Shown here: one piece after another, positions 46,750 to 56,600 of the stretch
Layout of the letters: each line of letters opens with the position of its first letter
How positions within the stretch are numbered: position 1 is the stretch's first letter
IMG/VR virus record: IMGVR_UViG_3300030103_001665
Coordinates: 1-62,481 of that record
Direction: 5' to 3' (one strand)
DNA from: a virus
Taxonomy: Duplodnaviria; Caudoviricetes
Length of the DNA stretch: 62,481 bases
Made by a program: the position numbers and the translations under genes
Notes under the pieces: model-generated
What the model was told of the DNA's origin: nothing
Database searches by the model: none
Seen by the model: only the letters and a program-made list of their open reading frames with translations

Positions 46750-47204
46750 ATTACTTTATACTTTGTTTTTCTATCGTCTTTATATGCTTTAAGACATCTG
46801 TTTCTGTTATCTTCTTCTGACACATATGATATATGTACCCAGTTCGGATTCATGTCCGTACCAAATTCCCAAATCATTTGATCAAAATCTAAATTTTCTT
46901 TTATCCAATTATACATTTCAGCGTTTGTTTTATAACCAAATACATCGTCAATGTCAATTGCTTGTCCTTTACAATGTTGAGATGTTTTTGACCCACCGAT
47001 CTTAGTGTTAAGTTCAGATGATCTAAAAAATGAATTTACTTTTATTGGACCTCCAACCCATTCTCTTAATGGTTCAAATATTTTTTCTGCTAAAATCTTC
47101 ATATTTTCTACCTGCGTAGGATTAGGAGTATTATCTATACATCTACGTTTAGCAGTATTAGAATGTATTGCTTCCGCGTACGTTATGTGATTACTTATTT
47201 TCAT
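46746..47204 (-). CDS. Endolysin, peptidase M15 family
   Basis: Start MKISNH; SFFRS, SQHCKGQAIDI and WVHISY zinc-peptidase motifs. Confidence 0.88.
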   Translation of the reverse strand: MKISNHITYAEAIHSNTAKRRCIDNTPNPTQVENMKILAEKIFEPLREWVGGPIKVNSFFRSSELNTKIGGSKTSQHCKGQAIDIDDVFGYKTNAEMYNWIKENLDFDQMIWEFGTDMNPNWVHISYVSEEDNRNRCLKAYKDDRKTKYKVI

Positions 47205-47208
47205 ATTA

Positions 47209-47352
47209 TTAACTTCCATTAAATACAGCGTAAGCATTAACTTTACGCTTTTTACCAAAAGATATTGTAGCTATTAATTCTCTTCTATCTTTTGATTTTT
47301 CTTCTTGTGGGTAATACTTAGGATTAGTACTGTTTAGTTTTCTTTTTTTCAT
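47209..47352 (-). CDS. Small basic protein (47 aa)
   Basis: Not in track; MKKRKLNSTNPKYYPQEEKSKDRRELIATISFGKKRKVNAYAVFNGS. Confidence 0.55.
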   Translation of the reverse strand: MKKRKLNSTNPKYYPQEEKSKDRRELIATISFGKKRKVNAYAVFNGS

Positions 47353-47372
47353 TTTAAAAAATAATTAACTAC

Positions 47373-47735
47373 CTATCTACCGTAATAATTTCTTACAGGC
47401 TTTTTCGGAAGTTTAGTAACCTCTTTTGACATTAAGTTATTTTCATTTTTTCCTAAAATATACCCACCTGTTGCTGCGGCGGCACCACCTATTCTCGATG
47501 TTAGAGATGGCTTTTTTAAAGTACCTACAACCGGAACATTTGTCGGTTTAATAGTTGCTTCAAAAGGAATTCTATTTTTATTTAAAAGTTTTAAATTTTT
47601 AGCAGGTACAGCCATAGGCTTTGATTGCTTTTTTAGGTGTTTCTTTAAAAAGTATTTTCCTATGTCTTTAAAAGGATTAAATTGAGCTGGACTACTTGTA
47701 CCAGCTTTTCCTGTATTTCTATATGGATTTGCCAT
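47373..47735 (-). CDS. Basic protein with MANPY...SSPAQ leader
   Basis: N-terminus resembles that of 45113..45733 (MAHPYRN). Confidence 0.65.
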   Translation of the reverse strand: MANPYRNTGKAGTSSPAQFNPFKDIGKYFLKKHLKKQSKPMAVPAKNLKLLNKNRIPFEATIKPTNVPVVGTLKKPSLTSRIGGAAAATGGYILGKNENNLMSKEVTKLPKKPVRNYYGR

Positions 47736-47737
47736 TG

Positions 47738-48148
47738 TTAAAATTTATTTGCGTTATTTATTTCGTTTATTGATTCTTGTATTTCTTTTAAGTCTGCTGG
47801 CATAACAAGATCTAAACCAGCTTTGAACACGATTTCTTTAACGCCATCTTTAAATATAATTAAAGTTGGTGCCATACGTACTCTATATTTTTTCTTTGCT
47901 TCAGGGGCTTTTGATATATCTACTCTATAATAAATTACATCTTTTAGCTCTTGCCACTCAGCAAAACAATTTGCTTCATTAAACTTAGCCCAAAACTCTA
48001 CCACAACTGGTTTTGTTTTATCATCACCAAAAGCTTTATTAGTATTAATAGCTTTTTCAAAACTACTATCATCTATCCAATATTCCTCAGGAACATCTTG
48101 TTGACTAAAAGATAAAAAAGGTATTAAAAGTAAAATTAAGTATTTCAT
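47738..48148 (-). CDS. Secreted thioredoxin-fold protein lacking CxxC
   Basis: Signal peptide; KPVVVEFWAKFN...RVDI...MAPTLIIFKDG. Confidence 0.75.
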   Translation of the reverse strand: MKYLILLLIPFLSFSQQDVPEEYWIDDSSFEKAINTNKAFGDDKTKPVVVEFWAKFNEANCFAEWQELKDVIYYRVDISKAPEAKKKYRVRMAPTLIIFKDGVKEIVFKAGLDLVMPADLKEIQESINEINNANKF

Positions 48149-48435
48149 TATCTATTTTTTTGAATGTCATATAATCTTTCATCAATCTTACCAAGATCTT
48201 GTAGTATTTTATCTACATCTTCTTGAGTATCCATAATTGTTTGACGAATTAACTCGTCCTTTAAATCATATTCAACTCTATCAATAACAGGTTCAGGCAT
48301 TTGCATAGCAAGAGCAATATCCGATTGTAGCGCAAACCACATTGTGGTTAATGATACAACTCCTCCAATTATTATTCCTATTGTTTTAAGATCTAGTGTT
48401 ATTTTAGTTGATTCCCCTATTTGTGGTGCTTCCAT
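48148..48435 (-). CDS. Single-TM membrane protein with coiled coil
   Basis: IGIIIGGVVSLTTMWFAL followed by a heptad-like C-terminus. Confidence 0.65.
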   Translation of the reverse strand: MEAPQIGESTKITLDLKTIGIIIGGVVSLTTMWFALQSDIALAMQMPEPVIDRVEYDLKDELIRQTIMDTQEDVDKILQDLGKIDERLYDIQKNR

Positions 48436-49117
48436 TGCCTCTACTTATGTTGTTATTACTTGGTTTACTCATTGATGGTGAATAGCTTGGTTTAGAATAA
48501 GTAGGTGTAGAATTATAACTAGGTCGAGAATAATTGTTACTAGGTTTATAATTATTACTAGGTTTATAATTATTAGTAGGTTTATATACTGGTGGTTTAT
48601 AAGAATTATTTACAGGTTTAATTCTTGGTATAATAACTATAGGTTTTACTCTAGGTTTAGCTCTATTATTTGCTATTGCAGTTTCTAAAGATCTAGAGGT
48701 TCTTCTACTATTATTATATACTATGTTATAACTTTGATTATGAAATGGTCCTTGTAACATAGGATCTTGCCAAGGTCTTTGCCATCTCCAAGGTCTCATA
48801 TACCAATCCCAATAATTCCAAGGTCTATAGAAAAAAGAATTGTAACCAAAAACCCATGGATCATATATAAAGTTATAATCTAACCACAAAGGTCTAGTAT
48901 GCCAATAAGAATAATAAGGTTGATAATAGTGTAATCTAGGTTTTATAGGTTTAAACTCTAGTCTTATTATATTAGCATTATAACTTGTAAATATAGAAGT
49001 AGCATCTTGACCTTCTTCTAAATATATAGTATCTGATTGTGTAATAAGCTTATAGCTACTGCAACTAGCAAACGCCGCAATAACCGCCGCATAAAGGACA
49101 ATTTTCCATAATTTCAT
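48404..49117 (-). CDS. Lipoprotein with W/Y/P-rich region and YKPSNN repeats
   Basis: Lipobox FASC; repeats at about 48520-48605. Confidence 0.7.
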   Translation of the reverse strand: MKLWKIVLYAAVIAAFASCSSYKLITQSDTIYLEEGQDATSIFTSYNANIIRLEFKPIKPRLHYYQPYYSYWHTRPLWLDYNFIYDPWVFGYNSFFYRPWNYWDWYMRPWRWQRPWQDPMLQGPFHNQSYNIVYNNSRRTSRSLETAIANNRAKPRVKPIVIIPRIKPVNNSYKPPVYKPTNNYKPSNNYKPSNNYSRPSYNSTPTYSKPSYSPSMSKPSNNNISRGNGSTTNRGIN

Positions 49118-50307
49118 TATTTAAGTGTTATGTTCAGACCAACTGAACTGTTATATATTTTACTATCCCAAAACTTAGTATACTCTCCTTCAAAAAATAT
49201 ACCCATATTTTTACTAAGCTTCCAACCAAATTGTACTCCGGTTTGATAATCTTCCCATTGTTCTTTCTCAGCATCTTCTACTAATCCACCAAGTCCCCAG
49301 TTGTTTCTATTGTGATAACTAAAAGCCTCATCACCTTTTACATAATCATGATATGGTAATAAGTAAGAACCATAAGCATGGAGCCAAAAGTTATTTTTAT
49401 AATGATAATAGTCAAAACCGACCACAGGTGATACAACACCAAAAGCATCTATACCTTCCCATATTTCATCATTATAACGATTCATCAAATCAGTAAATAC
49501 TGTTTGCCTGAACTGTAAATCAGTATAAGCTACGGTTTCACCTTGTTCATTAATCCAATACCAATCAGATACTGTTTCGCCTGTATAATCATCTTCATAT
49601 GTATAATAGATGTCATCATAACCATAATAAAAACCAAGTGTATACCACGGGTTTACTGCAAAACCGTCCTCAGTAGTTTCATTCAACCATATTTCTACAG
49701 GATTGTAACCATAAGGACGCTCATGAGTTCTAAAAATAGCGCCTGCACTTAATGAAAACTTTTTACCAATAGGTAGTTTAGCTCTTACCTCAGCAGATTT
49801 ATAATCAAAGTTTATTTTACCTTGTTTTCTGCTTTCAACTTTTATCATGTGGTATTTACCACTATGTTTTAAAAAATATCTGTGATTTTTAAATACATCA
49901 TTTCTAGTTCTTTCTTTTTCAGTATGAAATATATATTCAAAACCTTTAATAGATGAATTAGGAGCTGTCATAGCTACGTTAGATTCACCACCATCATAAT
50001 ATTGTTTACCTTTTATTTCATAATCAAACCTCGCGATCTTACGAACACCAAATCCGTAACGATAATCATAGTCATAATAATCAGTTCCATCTACTACAAC
50101 AGGAACATCATATAAACTTCCATTAGGATTTGTTCTTACAAAATAACTTGGTGCATTTTCTTTTGCATTTTTAACATCACCAGCTACATAAAACGTACCG
50201 TATTTAAATAATTCATTATAAATAGATTTAAAAAATTTACCTTTTTCTTTTTCTTGAGCTGATAAAGAAAAGCTTAGTAGAAATATAATAGCTAATATTT
50301 TTTTCAT
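49117..50307 (-). CDS. Putative outer-membrane beta-barrel protein
   Basis: Signal peptide ending SAQ; aromatic-rich alternating strands (TGVQFGWKL, GIFFEGEY, SSVGLNITLK). Confidence 0.6.
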   Translation of the reverse strand: MKKILAIIFLLSFSLSAQEKEKGKFFKSIYNELFKYGTFYVAGDVKNAKENAPSYFVRTNPNGSLYDVPVVVDGTDYYDYDYRYGFGVRKIARFDYEIKGKQYYDGGESNVAMTAPNSSIKGFEYIFHTEKERTRNDVFKNHRYFLKHSGKYHMIKVESRKQGKINFDYKSAEVRAKLPIGKKFSLSAGAIFRTHERPYGYNPVEIWLNETTEDGFAVNPWYTLGFYYGYDDIYYTYEDDYTGETVSDWYWINEQGETVAYTDLQFRQTVFTDLMNRYNDEIWEGIDAFGVVSPVVGFDYYHYKNNFWLHAYGSYLLPYHDYVKGDEAFSYHNRNNWGLGGLVEDAEKEQWEDYQTGVQFGWKLSKNMGIFFEGEYTKFWDSKIYNSSVGLNITLK

Positions 50308-50522
50308 TTATTTTTTGTTTTACGTGATTTTCTTTTTCTTTGTAAAGAATCCCACTCTTTTTTTAATATTGTTTTTATAGTTATAACATTTTTACATGTA
50401 TCTGTTGTTATAACTTTTACTCGGTAATTTTCAATTTTTTCTACTTTAACTGTAATACATTTTTTTTGCGCATTAATTGTTAAAGAAAAAGATAATAATA
50501 AGATTAGAATAATATTTTTCAT
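50304..50522 (-). CDS. Small secreted basic protein
   Basis: Signal peptide ending NAQ; two Cys; K/R-rich tail. Confidence 0.6.
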   Translation of the reverse strand: MKNIILILLLSFSLTINAQKKCITVKVEKIENYRVKVITTDTCKNVITIKTILKKEWDSLQRKRKSRKTKNK

Positions 50523-50612
50523 TTATTTATATTTTTTAAACATTAATTTATATAGCAATTTGTTCCAAGCTTGCTGTAACTTGTCGATAAATAGTTTTAT
50601 TTTTTGTTTCAT
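50523..50612 (-). CDS. 29-aa cationic amphipathic peptide
   Basis: Not in track; MKQKIKLFIDKLQQAWNKLLYKLMFKKYK fills the gap exactly. Confidence 0.5.
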   Translation of the reverse strand: MKQKIKLFIDKLQQAWNKLLYKLMFKKYK

Positions 50613-50615
50613 AGT

Positions 50616-53600
50616 TTATTTTTTAGGCATTAACCAATATTCTAAATCACCCGTAGGTCTTGCGATTTGTATAAAATCTACATTTAACTTTCCATCAGGT
50701 TTACCTTTTGTCATTGGTATTCTTTTATAACCTTTAGTTTTTAATTTATTAGCTTCATTTTTATATTTTGTTTTTACAGCTTCATCTTCATCTTTTTCTT
50801 TATCAATAGTTGTTTGTAATCCCCAGTATGGTAAACCAAGTTCCCAACCAGAATATCCAAACATTAAAGATACTCTTTGCCAAATTTCAGTATCTTTATC
50901 TACAGCTTGCTTTAAGTTCATCATTATTCTTGCTGCTCTATCTAAAGGAATATTAGTTGTAGCTGATACAATTTGAGCAATAGATAAATAAGCTGGATTA
51001 TCTAAATTAAACCCTCTACGTTTAATCTCTTTTCTATTCCAAGAAAAAGTTTTTGCTGCACTTCTAAGTTTTCTAACTTTAGAATCAATAGCTGGTGAAA
51101 AATTAAACACTTCACTTACAGCATCTTCATACTTAGGATTTTTCTTAGCTCCTTGTTGTGTTAGTTTAATTATAACATCTTTAACTGTTGCAACAGCTGC
51201 ACCACCATACCCTAAACCTCTTAATATAGAATCAACCATACCATTAGCTATATTACCAGCTCTATCTTCTGCTGTTCTTTCTTCTTCATCATCTGATCCA
51301 AAAGCCAAAGCAAACACCGCTTGTTGCATAGCGTTAAATATTAAGTTTTGTACAAAACCATAATAAGCTATTTTAGATAAGTTTGTTTTCCAATCGCCTC
51401 TACCATTAGCTAAGTCTAATGCAGATTTTTTCATTATTCTAGCGTACTGCATAGGAGTGTTAGCAAAGTTAAGTATTAATCTACCAATACTACTTGCTTG
51501 TTGCATTGATATTCTATCAGTTCTACTTGATTGCTGTGATTCTTCTGATATTTGATAAAAATCATCAAATGCTTTAGCTTCTGCTTCAGCTTTAGTATAA
51601 ACATTACCTGTATCTATATTTACTTGTTTTAGTAAAGCATTTACTCTATTTCTATAAAAACTTGCACCACCAGTTGCTATTGCCATACTATCTGCAAATC
51701 TTGTTAATACAAAACCTTTATTAAGTAAATAAGCTATAGTACCTTTCATACCACCTTTTCTAGCGGCTTCTGCTATTTCTGATTCAGCAACGTTTATTTT
51801 TAAACCATTACGTCTTTGTACTAAATAATCAGAGTTTAACAACGTCATTACATCTGACCAGTATTGCTTTTGATTAGCAAACGCTTTTGATGCAGCTACT
51901 GGATTATTATCTGACCAGTTTAAAAAGTTTACACTAGATATAAGCTGTAATGTAGCAGATCTCATATTTAAAAACATAACTGCACCAACAGAATTATTTA
52001 ACCAATCTAACAAGTTGTTAACTTGAGGGTTCATACCTATTGGTCTGTTACTACCAGATTTCATTCTACCTAAAGAATTTTTCAATGCTAGTATAAAATT
52101 ATTTCCGTATAAAGCTTCTAGTTTATTTAGGTTTTTATCAGAGAATATTATATCTACATTTTGTTGCCAATTTTGTAACGCTTCTTTTCTACCTGCTTTA
52201 TTTAAATTTTGTATAATATCACTAGTAATATTACCAGCCACCCAATTATTTCCAGGTTTTGGATATGATTTACCTTTTTGAATAAATGCTATTTTTTCTG
52301 CAAATACTTTTAAATCAGCATTGTTTTCTATTTTATCAACTAATCTATTTAAATCTCTTGTAGAAAGCCCAGGTATTTCCATACCCTGCATGTTCCATAT
52401 ATAAACTCTTAAAGCTTGTGAGTGAGTAAAATTACCTACACCAACTGGTTTGTTTAAGTTTTTAGGAATATTATCTATATTTTTTCTTAAAGCTTGAAAA
52501 TCATTTGCCACAGATATTTTATCTGATATTACTTGTTGTTCTGCTTTATTAAATGGATCAAATAAATTATCTTTAAACCATTTTTTAGCTAAGTTACCTT
52601 TTTCACCTTTTGGTAATATTTTATATAATAAACCAGCAAAGTCTTCTGCTGATGGTGGAATAAAGAACTCAAATGTACCTACTTTTCTACCAGTTGTTTT
52701 AGCTCTAGCTTCTGAATAAGTTTTATACCATTTTTTTCCGCTTTGTTGCTCTATTATAACATTAAACTCTTTATCTAAGTTTTTTACTTTATTTTTCTTG
52801 GCCTGCTGTACTTTAGATTTAACATCTACTTGGTCAAGAATGTTTTTTACAGCTTGAACATTGGGTAAAGCATCGTCAGCAAAATAAAAATCATTATATC
52901 CTTGAGCTGTTTTATCTAGTACCCATAACGCTTTGGCATCAGGTGATCCATCTTCTAAACCTGTTATGTTTTCTAAAGGTATGTTTAAACCAATACCATC
53001 TAAAAACGCTTTAATAGATACCGCAGAAGCTTGTGGTCTAGCTGTTAAAACAAATATATCACCACTCCCAAACTTTTCTTGACGCTTTAAAGCTAAATCA
53101 GCTAATGGTCCTTTTTTTCCTTTTATTACTTTGTTAAATTCACTAAAATCAAATTCAGCACCTTGCTCTTGTAAGTTTTCAGATTCAACAGCAAACTCAG
53201 CTGGTGTAATTTTTTTAATACTACCATCAGGCATATTAACAATTACTTTGCTTTTGCTATAAGCTAACGTATCATCAAAATCAAATACACTAATACCTTT
53301 TGTAGGAGTATTAATATCTCTAGCTTTTTGAGCAGTTTGATCTGCATTAGACATGTCAACTATAGATTGCTCTGTAGTACCATTTTCTTTTATTAAACCA
53401 AATATTTTTTCTTTATTGTTATTTACTTGTTTAAAAGATTTTTTATTTGTTTTGTTTGCAGCTTCTAATTCTTTTTTAGCTTTATTTATAGTAGTTTCGC
53501 CTTTAAAAACCTTAACTAATAAATTATTCTGCATGTTTATATTATCAGTATTTTGATTAGCTTTAGATAAACCAAGTCCTAAACTTTCAGCGATAGTTAC

Positions 53601-56600
53601 TATTTCTCCATCTTTATAAGTAACATATTCATTTAAATTTATTTCAGGATTTCCTAATAAATATCTTACCCAAGTATTAGGTTTGTCCATGCTAAAAAAA
53701 TCACTAGGCAACTGACTTCTATAACCAGCTAAAGCTATAATGTCATCATCAGTTTTTAATAATTGACCTTGTGTATAATTATCTTTTAAAAATTTAAAAT
53801 CTTTATTTACGCTATTATTAATAAGCATTTCTAACACAACCTTAGTAGCGTTGCTTGACGGTAAAGTATGTTCAGCTACAAAATTTTTAGCATTAGAATC
53901 CAGTTGATTATTAGTTGAGAAAAATTTAATAGGAGCTAAAACTCTCATAGGATGTGTTGATATATTACCTTGAGTATTCAACCAAGTTCCCCAAAACTCT
54001 AATCTTTCTTTTATTATTTTACCATTACTATCTCTTATATCAGTATTTATACCGTCTATTATCTTTTTTAATACTTTAATTTTATTTTCTTGAAGCTCTA
54101 TAAATTTCTTGTCTTTTAATAAAGCTTTTCTTTTTTCAGGCTTCATCTTAGCGTATTTAGCTTGTTCAGCTTCTGCTTCTTTTAATATATTAAAATCTTG
54201 TTCAGTAAAAATTTTACCATATTTTGGACCTGAAAACAAAGATGTTTTAGATAAATCAGTTAATTCGTTTATATTTTGTTTTACTCTTTTATTAAATATA
54301 GATCTACCACTATCAGCCCAAGATTTTGTATTTAAGAAAAAAGCTGTTCCAAAATTATCTAAGTTTCTTATAACGCTTTCATCTCTGTTTCTTTTTTGCT
54401 CTGCATTAAAACCATTAGATAAAGCTTTGCCTTTTTTCTTAGCAGGATATAAATCATAACCAGCAATATTTGCTAATTGTCTAACACTCGATTTAACTAC
54501 ATTACCTATTTTTTTTAATTCATCTATTGTAAGTTTAGGTTTTTTAGCTGCAGGTTTTTTAATAAAGTCTTTTATTGATTTTGTAAAATCTTTAAGAGCA
54601 GAAGCTAAAGATCTACCAGCATTTCTAGCAGCTCTAAGTGTTCTAAGTCCAGCTTCAACAACACCAGTTAAAGCATTCATAGATAAGTTTGTTTTTCTAA
54701 ATGTTTCTAACTGTGAGATAGCGTCACTTAAAAAGTCCGCTTCAATGTCATTTATATTTTCTTCTGTTATTCTATTATTAATAACATCTTCAACAGTATT
54801 TTCTACAACATCTAAAGATGTATCTTCTAGATTTCTTTTATCTAAATTATATTCAACTTCATTTATAAATTGCTCTGCAGTTAGATTTGATCCTTTTAAT
54901 TCTAATCTACCTTGTAAATCAGTCATAAACTGCTGATCACCTCTTAATTCTTGCATTTGCTCTATAGCAATGCCTTCACCTAACAGACTATATAATGATT
55001 GTTGACGTTTTTCATTAGCTTTGAAATAATCTTTTACAGCTTCTAGTTGAGCATCTGTTATAGCTGGTATTTTATAAACTTGTTTTCTAAAGTCAGTTCT
55101 TTTACCATCTTCTATCTTAGTAGTAGGTGTAGTACCAGTTTGTTGAATATTAAATAATTTACCAAATCTTCTTTTTATCTGAGCAATAGGGATTGTAGCA
55201 ATAAAATCTTTAGTAACTAAACGATCTACATTGTTATTGTATTGTTCGCTGTTCCATTTACCAAGTTTATCTTTTATAAGTTTTCTATAAGCAGGTGTTT
55301 GAGTTTGCTTAACAATAGATTGTGCTACAACTTTTGGTGAAGTGCTTTCAGTTGCTACAGCTCTATTAATATCGTCTTTAATTTTAACTGTTTGCTCTGA
55401 TCTTACTTCAGGTGTAATATTTTCAGTTATTACTTCTAATGTAGCAGGATAAACTTTAGCTCTTGCAGTTTCAGTTGGCGCTACATCTATATCTACTTCT
55501 TCAGCTACAACTTCTCTAGCTTCTTGCTTATCAAGAGTTGTTATATCTCTTTGACCTATATATTTATCATAAATACCTTGTGCTTTAGGAGCAATATTAG
55601 CAGTTACAAATGTAGAAAAAGATCCTTTGTCTGGAGACCATCTTTCCATTATACCCGCAAACTCCTTGTTTATTTCAGCTATAGCATCTTCTCTAGCCAT
55701 ATCACCTTTCCGAGTATCAAACATGATAGCTGCTAAACCTATTTTATTGTATTGATCTAGTAAAGCCTCAACATCTACATTAGCAGGGTTTTCTTGATAT
55801 TGTCTAGCTAATTCATCGGCTTTTATTGATGGTTTTCTAGTTGGTAAAATACTCATACCAACAGTTGCATCTCTTTCTGCCTGTACTTCATTAACAAGTG
55901 TTCCTAATTCAACATCTATTTCTTTAACTCTATTAGTTTGATTTTGAGTTAACGCAGCATCATTTACTTCTTTAATAGTTTTTTGTAAAATATTTTTTTC
56001 TTTCAATAAACCAACTGCAGTTGCGTTAAGATTTAATCCAACAGGTTTTAATTGATTAACAGCGCTTTGCGTGTTTCTATAATTTAATTTTATTTGATCA
56101 GCAGTGTTTCTGTTTATTTCACCTATTTCAATTTTTTTAGTAATTTGATCATCAAGTATTTGTTGAGAATTTGATATTTGAGTTATATTTAAACCTTGTA
56201 TAGGAATTGTTTGGTTAAAATCTGGATTATAAATAGTTGTTATATCACTTATGTTATAATCTTCATTTATAGCTTTTAAATTATTGTTTATCTTATTTAT
56301 ATTTACAGCTTCTTTTAAACCACTTGTAACTTGCATAATATTTATAGGTCCAGCATATGTAGCTCCTCCACCTACTCCCAATAAAAAAGCATCACTAACC
56401 CCTTCAAATGGATCTTTACCTTTTATCATGTTTTGTGTAATCTGGGTTGCTACTTCTTCTATACCTTCTCCTAAAGCACCAGCTGGAGCTCCTATTTTTT
56501 TAAGAGCTGTGGAATACATTTCAATTAGTCCATTTTTAAATACTTTAACGCCTTCTTTTTTACCTACTTTTAATATTATATCTTTGTAAACTCTTCCTAT

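Noticed and set aside
53265-53290. DFDD as the catalytic DxDxD motif of a crAss-like virion RNA polymerase
   Set aside because: The sequence is DFDDT, followed by LTAR, K and ADD in HAD order; no DFDxD double-psi-barrel context is visible.
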